Source: Nitrospirales bacterium
GTDB taxonomy: Bacteria > Nitrospirota > Nitrospiria > Nitrospirales > UBA8639
DNA length: 64,000 nt
Assembly (NCBI GenBank): GCA_965207835.1
Contig: CBDBNQ010000002.1
Coordinates: 1,713,224-1,777,223 of the forward strand
Direction: 5' to 3'
The position numbers and the translations under genes are program-made. How positions within the stretch are numbered: position 1 is the stretch's first letter; every line of letters begins with the position of its first letter. This document shows positions 9,772 through 18,785 of the stretch, one piece after another. The notes beneath the pieces were generated by a model. The model did no database searches. It saw only the letters and a program-made list of their open reading frames with translations, and was not told where the DNA came from.

Positions 9772-11727
9772 TTACTCGTCCAGATTGGCGATAGGGAAGG
9801 CGTCCACCGGGTCGGCGGGGATGAAGCCGAAGATCTTCGAATAGAAATACAGTTCGTTGTCCAGGACCTGCTTGATGTGCTCGGCTCGTCGAAACCCGTG
9901 CTGCTCCCCTTCAAAGGCGATATAGGCGACGGGAAGCCCTTTCGATTTCACCGCGTTGAACATGTTCTCCGCCTGGTTCGGCGGAACCACTTTGTCCTCC
10001 AAGCCCTGAAAGAGAATGAGGGGAGCGGACAGCCGGTCGGTGAAATGAATGGGCGATCGCCGGTCATAGAGGTCTTTCCGTTCGGGCAGCGGACCGATCA
10101 GCCGGTCCAGGTAGCGTGATTCGAACTTATGGGTATCCCGAACAAGCGCTTCGAGGTCCGAGACGCCGTAGTAACTGGAGCCGGCCGTAAAGCAATCGCG
10201 AAACGTCAGGGCGCATAACGTGGTAAAGCCTCCTGCGCTTCCCCCCGTGATGGTCACGCGAGCCGGGTCCACGGCATCCCGGTCGATGAGCGCCGTGACC
10301 GCGCTGACGCAATCATCCACGTCGACAATGCCCCACTGACCGTTGAGGCGTTCCCGGTAGGCACGGCCGTATCCCGTACTCCCGCCGTAGTTCACGTCGA
10401 GCACGGCAAATCCCCGGCTGGTCCAGAATTGAATCATCAGGTTGAACGTCGGAGACGAAGCTCCGGTGGGGCCTCCGTGGCTTTTGACGAAGAGGGGCGG
10501 GCGCTCTGAAGGCGGAGCTTGATAATCCGCATTGTGCGGGGGGTAATAAAACGCGTGCCCGGTCGATCCGTCCCGGGTTGGATAGGTGACGGCGGAGGGC
10601 ATGGACAGACAACGGGGGTCCGGGGAAAAGTCTACCGAACGGCGAAGGACGGTCACGGCTTGCGAATTTGCATCAATCTGAATGATGGCCGTGGGGTCGG
10701 CTGGGGAACTGGCCGTACAAAGAATGCGGGATTGCTGCACGTGGACGTCGTCGAAGGTCGTGTATGGTAGTTCGAATCGTTCGAGCATGTGTCGTGCCGT
10801 GTCCAGACGTCCCAGGTACCAGAAGCCGTTCTGTGTATAGGCGCAGATCACGTGGTGAGGCGACTCGAACCCATAGAGTCTCTGGCCGAACACCCATTGC
10901 GGTGCACCGAATTCAGCCTCCATGGGATAGAGAGGGGCGACGTGCTCGTTGTCCAGGCGATACAGGTTCCACCAGCCGGACTGGTCGGACACGAAATGCA
11001 ACCGGCCATCCGGCGACCATTCCGGTTGAAAAATGGAGACGTCGGTTCCCCCGGCCACGCATCGTGACCTCAGGATCGAGCCGTCCTGCCCGAGATCGGC
11101 AACCCAGAGTTCCGTGCCGTCCCATGGCATGTTGGGATGATTCCAGGTCAGCCAGGCTAACTTCTGTCCATCCGGGCTCAGTCGCGGAGAGGCATAAAAA
11201 TCATTGCCCGAAACCAGAACGTCGCCGCACGTCGGACCTGAACCGTGGTCGAGAGCAATGCTCGCGATGGCGTTGCGGGGCTCCCGGTCGGAATCCGTGT
11301 GATCTTCACGAATGCACAGAAGCCGGCGCCGCCGAAGGTCCGTGATGCCATCGGCATAACACATGGGCGCGTCCGCGGTGACGGGCTCGGGCGCTCCGCC
11401 CGGGCGCAGTCGATAGAGCCGCTGATCGGAAAAATTGGAAAAATACACGACGCCATCCGCGACACAATACGCTCCACCTCCGTATTCGTGGACGCGCGTG
11501 CGAACGTTCAACGGGGCAGGGATCAGGGTTCGTTGGGTCCCGCCGGCGTCCTGTTGGACAATGGTGTTCCTCCCGCCTTCCTTGGGGCGGTTTTCGATCC
11601 AGAACACCCGGTCCCCATCGAGGGCGATTTGTCCGAGTCTGATGGATTCTGAAACAATCCGGTCAGAGGTCAGAGGAGAGTTCCATGACCCGTAAGGAGC
11701 GGTAAGCGGATTTGGCATAAGGAACAA
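9772..11727 (-). CDS. S9-family serine peptidase (prolyl oligopeptidase / acylaminoacyl peptidase-like)
   Basis: 651 aa. N-terminal beta-propeller-like region followed by a C-terminal alpha/beta hydrolase domain with a GGSAGG nucleophile motif. Confidence 0.85.
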   Translation of the reverse strand: MFLMPNPLTAPYGSWNSPLTSDRIVSESIRLGQIALDGDRVFWIENRPKEGGRNTIVQQDAGGTQRTLIPAPLNVRTRVHEYGGGAYCVADGVVYFSNFSDQRLYRLRPGGAPEPVTADAPMCYADGITDLRRRRLLCIREDHTDSDREPRNAIASIALDHGSGPTCGDVLVSGNDFYASPRLSPDGQKLAWLTWNHPNMPWDGTELWVADLGQDGSILRSRCVAGGTDVSIFQPEWSPDGRLHFVSDQSGWWNLYRLDNEHVAPLYPMEAEFGAPQWVFGQRLYGFESPHHVICAYTQNGFWYLGRLDTARHMLERFELPYTTFDDVHVQQSRILCTASSPADPTAIIQIDANSQAVTVLRRSVDFSPDPRCLSMPSAVTYPTRDGSTGHAFYYPPHNADYQAPPSERPPLFVKSHGGPTGASSPTFNLMIQFWTSRGFAVLDVNYGGSTGYGRAYRERLNGQWGIVDVDDCVSAVTALIDRDAVDPARVTITGGSAGGFTTLCALTFRDCFTAGSSYYGVSDLEALVRDTHKFESRYLDRLIGPLPERKDLYDRRSPIHFTDRLSAPLILFQGLEDKVVPPNQAENMFNAVKSKGLPVAYIAFEGEQHGFRRAEHIKQVLDNELYFYSKIFGFIPADPVDAFPIANLDE

Positions 11728-11823
11728 ATGTCCACCAATTCGTTGCCGGAATCAAGGGCCGAATACAAGAGGGGGAACCAGGAAAGAAAGTCCGCAGTTT
11801 TCACTCCCCTTTGTAAGGGGAGG

Positions 11824-13103
11824 TGTATAGACCGGGGACATCATTAACGGGTGTTCGGAGACATGGTTGACACATTGTGAGTTATTCGGAGGGGGCATGC
11901 AAATCAAGTTCGCGGATATATTGGTGACAAAAATAGATCCGCCACCGACCCTCTTGGGTGGTCGGCCGCAGGGCGACGGGGTAGCCGCGCAAGGCTTTGG
12001 TCACGTGGAAGGCGCGCCCGCGAAACGAGATGACGCCTTTGTCTTGCACGCGCCGGACGTGCGCGTCCGGGCCATAGTCAATGGGCGGGAGGGCCTCGGG
12101 AAACGGGCGGGGACTGGGGGTATAGCGCATCGCCGGAACCGCGAGGGCTAACGCGTCATGCGGGCGGTCCAAGTTATAGTGGTCGCGCCAGCGGTCAAAG
12201 TGCTGTTGGCAGTGGGGCAGATCGCGAAAGGTACGCTGGTGGAGTAATTCGGCCTTGAGGGTGCGATGGAAGCGTTCGTCTTTGCCCAGGGTTTGGGGGT
12301 GGGCCGGCCGGGCATGCGTGAGGGTAATGCCCAAGCGCATAAGCCAGACGGTCAGGGCCGTGAAGGGGCTGAGGGTGAGCGGCACGCCCCAAGGCGGGCC
12401 ATTATCCATCAACAGGCGGGCGGGCAAGCCATAGCGGCGGAAGGTCTGCGTCAAGTGGGTTTGGACGGTGCGACCCTGTTCATTGGGACAGGCGTGCAGG
12501 CAGAGGGCGAAGCGGGAGCAGTCGTCCAGCACGGTCAGAGGATGGCACCGGCCGGTGGCCAGGGCGAAATGGCCTTTGAAATCCATTTGCCATAAGGCAT
12601 TGGGCGTGGTGTGCGCAAAACGCTGCCAGGCCCGGGGGGGCGCGGTGGCGGGGAGGCCGCTGGTGCGGCGCAGAATCGCCGTGATGGTACTGGGCGCCGG
12701 GACCGGCTGATACCCGAGCGCGCGCAGGCGGGCGTGCAGTTTGCGGCCCCCCCAGGTAGGATGCTGGGTGCGCAAGGTCACGACCGCCGCTTCGAGATCG
12801 GGCGCCGTGCGGTGCGGCGTCTGGTGCGGGCGGCGGGACCGATCCGCGAGGCCCGCCACGCCGGCAGTGGCGTAGCGGGCCAGCCATTTATAGGCGGTCG
12901 GGGGGCTGATCTCGAACCGGCGACAGAGCGCCCGCAGGGATGTCCCCGGCTGCTGGGCTAAGAGCATGAATTCGTGGCGTTGAGACATGGTTGACACCTC
13001 TTTCCAAGGCATGGCGGTCCTCCTGTCATAGGGGTGAAGCCATGCAGTTTAAAGTGTCAACCATGTCCCCGAACAGGTGTCAACCATGTCCCCGGTCTAT
13101 ACA
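11824..13103 (-). mobile_element. IS481-family insertion sequence
   Basis: 1280-bp unit with ~50-bp imperfect terminal inverted repeats starting TGTATAGACCGGGGACAT. Flanked by the 6-bp direct repeat GGGAGG (11818-11823 and 13104-13109). Encodes a single transposase. Confidence 0.85.
11882..13012 (-). CDS. IS481-family transposase (HTH + rve integrase core)
   Basis: 376 aa with an N-terminal HTH (SLRALCRRFEISPPTAYKWLARY) and a DDE integrase core (WQMDFK...). Confidence 0.9.
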   Translation of the reverse strand: MPWKEVSTMSQRHEFMLLAQQPGTSLRALCRRFEISPPTAYKWLARYATAGVAGLADRSRRPHQTPHRTAPDLEAAVVTLRTQHPTWGGRKLHARLRALGYQPVPAPSTITAILRRTSGLPATAPPRAWQRFAHTTPNALWQMDFKGHFALATGRCHPLTVLDDCSRFALCLHACPNEQGRTVQTHLTQTFRRYGLPARLLMDNGPPWGVPLTLSPFTALTVWLMRLGITLTHARPAHPQTLGKDERFHRTLKAELLHQRTFRDLPHCQQHFDRWRDHYNLDRPHDALALAVPAMRYTPSPRPFPEALPPIDYGPDAHVRRVQDKGVISFRGRAFHVTKALRGYPVALRPTTQEGRWRIYFCHQYIRELDLHAPSE

Positions 13104-13162
13104 GGGAGGATAGGAGGGGTAGAGTCAACCGTCCGGGGGCACGGAGGTGTTGCCGCGAAGGG

Positions 13163-13390
13163 CTAACTTTGAACGGAGGTAGCTTGAACAGAAGTGCAGT
13201 GCCGCTTATGTTCGCTTGAGGCGATGGTGACCAGGTCATGGATCTTGTCGAGACACCGCCCGCAAGCATCGTCGTCGTCGATACCCAGCGTGGCGGCCAG
13301 TTGTTTCGGGCAGGTTATGCCGGCGCGACCGAGGTCTTCGACGTCCGACTCTTTAATGCCTTTACAAACACAGAGGTACATGATGTTCAC
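13163..13390 (-). CDS. bfd: Bacterioferritin-associated ferredoxin-like [2Fe-2S] protein
   Basis: 75 aa. MYLCVCKGIKESDV...CPKQ...CGRC matches the Bfd cysteine pattern. Confidence 0.75.
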   Translation of the reverse strand: MNIMYLCVCKGIKESDVEDLGRAGITCPKQLAATLGIDDDDACGRCLDKIHDLVTIASSEHKRHCTSVQATSVQS

Positions 13391-13397
13391 CGAATGC

Positions 13398-13416
13398 GAT
13401 ATTGATTTCCGTTATC
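13398..13416. promoter_or_regulatory. Candidate Fur box upstream of bfd
   Basis: GATATTGATTTCCGTTATC matches the 19-bp GATAATGATAATCATTATC consensus at 14/19 positions. It lies only 8 nt from the first ATG, which is unusually close. Confidence 0.3.
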
Positions 13417-13481
13417 ATCTTTGGGCATTCTAATCGAGTCCCCGGCAGGCTGTCAAGCTTTTTTGTTGAGAACTTGTTTTG

Positions 13482-13531
13482 TTGACGACGTAGAATGACG
13501 TCATGATATTGACGATTGACGTAATTCGTCA
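13482..13531. promoter_or_regulatory. Cluster of TGACG/CGTCA pentamers (candidate operator) upstream of the HTH gene
   Basis: Six pentamers within 50 bp. They include the perfect palindrome ATGACGTCAT (13495-13504) and TGACGTAATTCGTCA (13517-13531). Confidence 0.35.
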
Positions 13532-13563
13532 TATGAGTGAAGTGCATGACGGAGGTGACGATC

Positions 13564-13866
13564 ATGGCTAGAGAGCCAATCCATCCAGGCGAGTTTCTGT
13601 CAGATGAGTTGCAAGAAATTGAAATGACGGCAACCGAGTTATCACGTCAGATTGACGTGCCGCCCAATCGTATTTCGCAGATCGTTCGATGCAAGCGTGA
13701 TATTACGGCCGATACCGCCTTGCGCCTTGGTCAGTTTTTTGGGACTGGACCGGAGCTATGGTTAAACCTCCAAAAGGCTTATGATCTGGACAAGGCCAAA
13801 GCATCACTCGGGACAAAAATTCGCAAAATACATCGCTGGCAACCCGAAGGACACGTGGCAGGATAA
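13564..13866 (+). CDS. HigA-like XRE-family HTH protein with no adjacent toxin
   Basis: Starts at MAREPIHPGEFL. Has the EMTATELSRQIDVPPNRISQIVRCKRDITADTALRL HTH typical of HigA/VapI. Confidence 0.75.
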   Translation: MAREPIHPGEFLSDELQEIEMTATELSRQIDVPPNRISQIVRCKRDITADTALRLGQFFGTGPELWLNLQKAYDLDKAKASLGTKIRKIHRWQPEGHVAG

Positions 13867-13868
13867 TC

Positions 13869-16800
13869 TTGCAACCCATGGACCAATCTTCCTATCCGGA
13901 AGCGCTCCGGACACAACTGGCAGTCCGGCTGAGTCCGGACAGTGCGCAACACGTCGCCGCGGCTCTTTTTGAAACGGGCGGGGCCGTCCACGTCTCCGAA
14001 TTATTAAACGAACTCTTGGAGCGTTCCGGCAAACTCGCGGGACAGGCTATGGACGAGCTTCCCGAGATGCTGGAACGGTGTGGTCCCGAACCGGTCGTCT
14101 CATGGCTGGACGTGGCCGTGACCCTGGCAGGGCTGTCGGGGGCGATCACCTTGAAATACCTGAAAGAGAGCCCGCGTCTTTTGGGCGTCCTGGATTCCGC
14201 CGTGCTTCGTCAAGCGGTGCTCGAGACGACGCTGGAACTCGCCGACAACGACTCGGAGTTTGCAGCCAACTGCGCGTTTGAATTCTTTCGAAAGGCACCG
14301 GAACTGTTGCTCGCGGATTCACAAACCGACTTGGCTCAATGGGCGGAAATTGGCCGGGAACTGACGGATTGGAATGACGTGTTGGGCATCGAGTTTATCC
14401 GGGAATGTCCGAGGGTGGCCGAAGTCCTGGCTTTGGAAGAGGTGCGGCCCTGGGTGGCCTTCGGTATGAAACTGATGACGCAAAATAGTTTGGGAAAACC
14501 CGATTACGTGGGGATTCTGGAATTCTTTCGCACGAGTCCCGGCCTGCTCGGAGAAATCCCCGATACGGGCTTGCATCCCCAAATTATAAGCGTGGGCTCG
14601 ACCCTGGCGGATCAATCGCCTGAAACGGCCCTGACCTTGTTGGCTGAAGCGCCGGGGCTGATGGCGCTCCTGCCCTCGGCGGAACGGCGCATGAAAGTCC
14701 TCCAATACGGAGGGCTGCTGGCCGAACGGGATGCCGGCGTGACTATGGAATATTTTCGCCGGGCACCGGAGGTAATCCGTCTGGGTGATGGCGCGGAAGG
14801 CCGGGACGAAGCCTTTGAAACGTGGTTCCGTGGTGGTATGGAAGTGTTGGACTACAGCCCGGAGGGCGCACGCGCGTATTTTGCTCTCGAAACCTCGAAG
14901 GCATTGAGCGCGATCGAACAGGCGACCAACAACGTGCCGCTTCGACAGGTGGCGCGTTCGTTGAAACTGCTGGGCCACATGATCTGCGGCCAACCCGTGC
15001 AGATTGAATCCCTGGCCGATGCGACGCAACGGCCTCGACTGGAGATGAACGCCGAGGGCCCCATGGTCTATCTGCCTTCGATCATGAACCGGTTTTCGGT
15101 GAAGGACCAGAACGCTCGAAGCTATACAGTCACGTTGGCGCATGAGGTCGGGCACGTGGAGTTTGGAACGTATCGAATCGATATGCCGTTGCTTCGGACC
15201 CTGGCGCAACGGGTGGCGGATCGCTATCGACTCGATGCGAGTGCTCCGGACATCGACTGCTTGACGGATTTTTTTGCCCTCTATCCGCAAAAAGGGGTGA
15301 TCCGGGATCTGTGGACCATCCTTGAAGACGCACGCGTGGAGTTCTTATTGCAGCAGGAATATCCGGGACTTCGGGATGATTTGGCCGCCGTGTCCAGAGC
15401 GTCGGTGCAGACCCGGTCCTTGCTCCATGGCATGACGGCCAGGGAGATGGTGCTGGACGAGTTGTTGCTGTTATTTATGCAAGGAACGGAAAGACCGCAG
15501 ATTCCGGAGAACTTTCAGCGGGTTGTGGACCGGTGTTGGGACGTGGCGCGGACGATTCAGGACCCTCACGCCACGAATGAGCAATCCATCGATCTGGCAG
15601 ACAGGATCTATCAGGTGCTGGATGAGATGATCGGCAGCCTGGAAAGCGTTGTTCCGGATGAAACGGATTCGACGCCGGAGGACAAGGAGGTGGGCATGGG
15701 GCCTCGTGCGGCGGAAGAAACCGCGGGCGGGTATCGAAGCATTACGAATTGGGTCTATCGTGGTGAAATGAATCCGGATTTCGTCCGTGGTGAATCGGCG
15801 GAAACGGATGAAGGCCCGGATGTCCCGGAACAGCCGGAACTGGATTTGGAAACTGCCGGCGCGCCTTCTCCCACTCCGGCGGGTCGAACCGAAGAGATGG
15901 AAACAGGGGAAGCTCATCAGGACGATGCTGATGAACCTGGGGTGCAGCGGTCCGTGCTTGACGAGTATCTGCACGTGCAAGGCGCGGGCGACGGGTTGTT
16001 ACCCGTGCCATCCGGTCAGGAGCAGACGTACGTGTACCCGGAATGGGATGGCGGGATCCAGGACTACCGGCTCAAATGGTGCCGGGTGGTCGAGCGTCCC
16101 GGCGAAGATGGCGGTCAGGATTTCGCTCAACGGGTCATGGAAAAACATGCCCCGGCTATCCGGGTCCTGCGGCGCTATTTTGAAACCATGCGGCCTACGG
16201 GCTTGCAGCGAGTCCACGGCTATGACCATGGCGAGCATTTGGATTTGGATGCCGCGATTCGTCTCGTGGCGGAACGGCGGGCGGGAATCGACCCCTCCGA
16301 CCGGATCTATGACCGGCGTGACAAACGTGAACGCCAGGTCGCCGCGGCGTTTTTGGTCGACATGAGCGGCTCCACGGGCCGGCAATTGGAAACGGGACAG
16401 CGTCGTGTGATCGACGTGGAGAAGGAAGGATTGATTGTGCTTACCGAGGCCTTGGAGGCCATAGGAGACCAATATGCGTTATACGGTTTCTCTGGCCAAG
16501 GGCGGCACCTGGTTGATTTCATGGTGCTGAAGGATTTCAGCGACACCCGGCGCTATCAGATCGGCCAGCGCATTGCGGCCATGACGCCGTTGCAGCAAAA
16601 CCGTGACGGGGCCGCAATCCGGCATGCCGTTCAGAAATTGCTGCGCTGCCCGGCCCGGCACCGGCTGCTCGTCCTGCTGAGTGACGGGCGCCCCCTTGAT
16701 GGGGATTATGGAGAGGAATATGCCTTGGAGGATACCCGCATGGCACTGCGAGAGGCGCGGCAGCAGGGGATCAGTCCTTTTTGCCTGACCATCGATCAAC

Positions 16801-16919
16801 AGGCGAGCGGCTATCTCAAACGCATGTACGGCGACGTTCAATACCTCGTCCTGGATGATATCCTGACCTTGCCTGAACGGTTGCCACGCGTGTATCAACG
16901 TTTGACGGGAAGATCGTGA
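13869..16919 (+). CDS. Large NorD/CbbO-like protein with C-terminal von Willebrand A domain and a central HExxH motif
   Basis: 1016 aa. Has a YPEWD motif, then a vWA MIDAS motif DMSGST and LLSDGRP. TLAHEVGHVEF lies mid-protein, followed by an acidic low-complexity linker. Start is TTG 13869 or ATG 13878, 3-12 nt after the HTH gene stop. Confidence 0.75.
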   Translation: MQPMDQSSYPEALRTQLAVRLSPDSAQHVAAALFETGGAVHVSELLNELLERSGKLAGQAMDELPEMLERCGPEPVVSWLDVAVTLAGLSGAITLKYLKESPRLLGVLDSAVLRQAVLETTLELADNDSEFAANCAFEFFRKAPELLLADSQTDLAQWAEIGRELTDWNDVLGIEFIRECPRVAEVLALEEVRPWVAFGMKLMTQNSLGKPDYVGILEFFRTSPGLLGEIPDTGLHPQIISVGSTLADQSPETALTLLAEAPGLMALLPSAERRMKVLQYGGLLAERDAGVTMEYFRRAPEVIRLGDGAEGRDEAFETWFRGGMEVLDYSPEGARAYFALETSKALSAIEQATNNVPLRQVARSLKLLGHMICGQPVQIESLADATQRPRLEMNAEGPMVYLPSIMNRFSVKDQNARSYTVTLAHEVGHVEFGTYRIDMPLLRTLAQRVADRYRLDASAPDIDCLTDFFALYPQKGVIRDLWTILEDARVEFLLQQEYPGLRDDLAAVSRASVQTRSLLHGMTAREMVLDELLLLFMQGTERPQIPENFQRVVDRCWDVARTIQDPHATNEQSIDLADRIYQVLDEMIGSLESVVPDETDSTPEDKEVGMGPRAAEETAGGYRSITNWVYRGEMNPDFVRGESAETDEGPDVPEQPELDLETAGAPSPTPAGRTEEMETGEAHQDDADEPGVQRSVLDEYLHVQGAGDGLLPVPSGQEQTYVYPEWDGGIQDYRLKWCRVVERPGEDGGQDFAQRVMEKHAPAIRVLRRYFETMRPTGLQRVHGYDHGEHLDLDAAIRLVAERRAGIDPSDRIYDRRDKRERQVAAAFLVDMSGSTGRQLETGQRRVIDVEKEGLIVLTEALEAIGDQYALYGFSGQGRHLVDFMVLKDFSDTRRYQIGQRIAAMTPLQQNRDGAAIRHAVQKLLRCPARHRLLVLLSDGRPLDGDYGEEYALEDTRMALREARQQGISPFCLTIDQQASGYLKRMYGDVQYLVLDDILTLPERLPRVYQRLTGRS

Positions 16920-16965
16920 CGCTTGGCTGCAATCTGTCATTGATATGTGTTCACTCATTCCCTTC

Positions 16966-17146
16966 GACTTCACTACGTTACGCTCAGGACGGGCGTTGAC
17001 ACTTTCGTTGTCTCTTCCCGTCATCCCCGGCACAAAGAATTGGATCCGCGATTCAGGATGTCGGGGACGGATCCAGGGTTTGTTGCTTTTTTCTCCCTCT
17101 CCCCTGGAGGGAGAGGGTTGGGGTGAGGGGGCATGGTCAACGAACG
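16966..17146. repeat. Mosaic REP-like intergenic repeat cluster
   Basis: Contains three modules seen elsewhere in the window: ACGCTCAGGAC, GTCATCCCCGG...CGGGGACGGATCCAGGG, and the palindrome CCCTCTCCCCTGGAGGGAGAGGGTTGGGGTGAGGG. Confidence 0.6.
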
Positions 17147-17183
17147 AGTGAATATTGCCACTGTTTACGGATAAATCAACTTG

Positions 17184-17594
17184 ATGAGTGCTGACTCCCC
17201 TGAACAAACAATTCCGCCCTGGCTGTACAAGCTGTTTACCGGGCATCAGTATCCGTACGTCCGTCGCCTGGCCAAATTTGAGAAAAAGGATCGAAAACGC
17301 GGCGAGATGAGTTCCGAACCGTCTCGCGAAGAGATTGATGCCAAATTCTGGGAAGTGTATCCTCGATCCTCAACCAGAATTTTGCAGGAAGTGAAACAGG
17401 GCATGATCGTGAGCTTCACGGAGTTGGGCTCCTATCCGCCCGGAGGCTATCAGGAATTGGTGGACACGCCGGAAGAGTTCCTGGCCCGGGAATATGGAAG
17501 AAAAAAAATCAAGGTGAATTTTTACGACGGAGACAACTTCGTCTGCACCATCAATTTCAAAGTCGGAGGGTGGGCCAGTCATGACGACGACTAG
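17184..17594 (+). CDS. Hypothetical protein
   Basis: 136-aa ORF upstream of mdh on the same strand. No recognisable motifs. Confidence 0.45.
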   Translation: MSADSPEQTIPPWLYKLFTGHQYPYVRRLAKFEKKDRKRGEMSSEPSREEIDAKFWEVYPRSSTRILQEVKQGMIVSFTELGSYPPGGYQELVDTPEEFLAREYGRKKIKVNFYDGDNFVCTINFKVGGWASHDDD

Positions 17595-17639
17595 GGAGAC
17601 TGGCTGGCAGCGTGACTATAATCTAACGTCAGGTGCGTC

Positions 17640-18581
17640 ATGAGTCGACAGAAAATCACCATCGTCGGGGCAGGCAACGTCGGGGGATCCGTTGCGCAGA
17701 GACTGGCCGAGAAGAGTGGATACGACATCGTCCTGGTGGATATTGTGGAAGGCCTGCCGCAGGGTAAAGCCCTGGACTTGGCGCAGGCCGGCGCGGTGTG
17801 CGGCTATGACTCGCCGATTCGTGGAACCGAGCGGTATGAGGATACGGCGGATTCCGACGTGGTGGTGGTGACGTCCGGGATTGCCCGGAAGCCCGGCATG
17901 AGCCGGTCCGAATTACTGGAAACCAACACCAACATCGTGCGATCCGTCGTGCAGGAAGTGGCTACCCGTTCTCCCGCGGCCGTGCTGGTCATCGTGGCCA
18001 ATCCGTTGGACGCCATGACGTACGTCGCCTACCGGGTGAGCGGGTTTCCCAAACAACGGGTCGTGGGCATGGCCGGGATTCTGGACTCCGCCCGCTTCTG
18101 CACGTTTATCGCCCAGGAGTTGAACGTCTCGGTCCACAACGTCCACGCCATGGTGTTGGGCGGGCATGGGGATGCGATGGTGCCCCTCATCCGACATACC
18201 ACGGTGGCCGGTCGTCCCGTGGATCAATGGATGTCGCAAGAGCGGCTTGATGCCCTGGTGAAGCGAACACGCGGCGGCGGTGGAGAAATCGTCAGTCTCC
18301 TCAAGACGGGGAGTGCCTATTACGCGCCTGCGGCATCGGTGGTCGAAATGGTCGAGGCCATTATCCGTGATGAACACAAAGTGCTGCCCTGTGCTGCCCT
18401 GTGTGAAGGCGAGTACGGCCTGAAAGGGACGTATATGGGGGTGCCGATCCGATTGGGGAAAACCGGCGTCGAAGAAATTCTCGAATATGACCTGACGCCC
18501 GACGAAAAAGCCGCGTTCGAAGAATCGGCCCAGGGCGTCAGGGAACTATGCCAAGAAGTCGATAAAATCCTCGGCTTGTAA
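17640..18581 (+). CDS. mdh: Malate dehydrogenase (LDH-like MDH family)
   Basis: 313 aa. [11 protein letters not shown] Rossmann motif and full-length similarity to bacterial LDH-type MDH. Confidence 0.92.
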   Translation: MSRQKITIVGAGNVGGSVAQRLAEKSGYDIVLVDIVEGLPQGKALDLAQAGAVCGYDSPIRGTERYEDTADSDVVVVTSGIARKPGMSRSELLETNTNIVRSVVQEVATRSPAAVLVIVANPLDAMTYVAYRVSGFPKQRVVGMAGILDSARFCTFIAQELNVSVHNVHAMVLGGHGDAMVPLIRHTTVAGRPVDQWMSQERLDALVKRTRGGGGEIVSLLKTGSAYYAPAASVVEMVEAIIRDEHKVLPCAALCEGEYGLKGTYMGVPIRLGKTGVEEILEYDLTPDEKAAFEESAQGVRELCQEVDKILGL

Positions 18582-18585
18582 TCCG

Positions 18586-18723
18586 CTACTGCAATTTCTC
18601 AGCCAGCACCTTTTCCGTTTGTTTCCTGCGGTATTCTTCCAGGCTCTTTTTGATCCCCGAATCTTCCAGCGCCAGGATCGCGGCCGCGATCCTGGCGGCG
18701 TTGGCTGCGCCGGCTTCGCCGAT
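18586..18723 (-). pseudogene. Orphan fragment equivalent to the last 45 codons plus stop of purE
   Basis: Aligns codon for codon with 20781-20918 (109/138 nt identical by my count). Would encode [45 protein letters not shown]. An in-frame stop lies immediately upstream, so it is not part of a gene. Confidence 0.65.
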
Positions 18724-18785
18724 GAATTGAAGGCTGCGTCAAGCGTGACGATGTAGTGACATTATAGCTGCCGCGCGGTCAGTAA

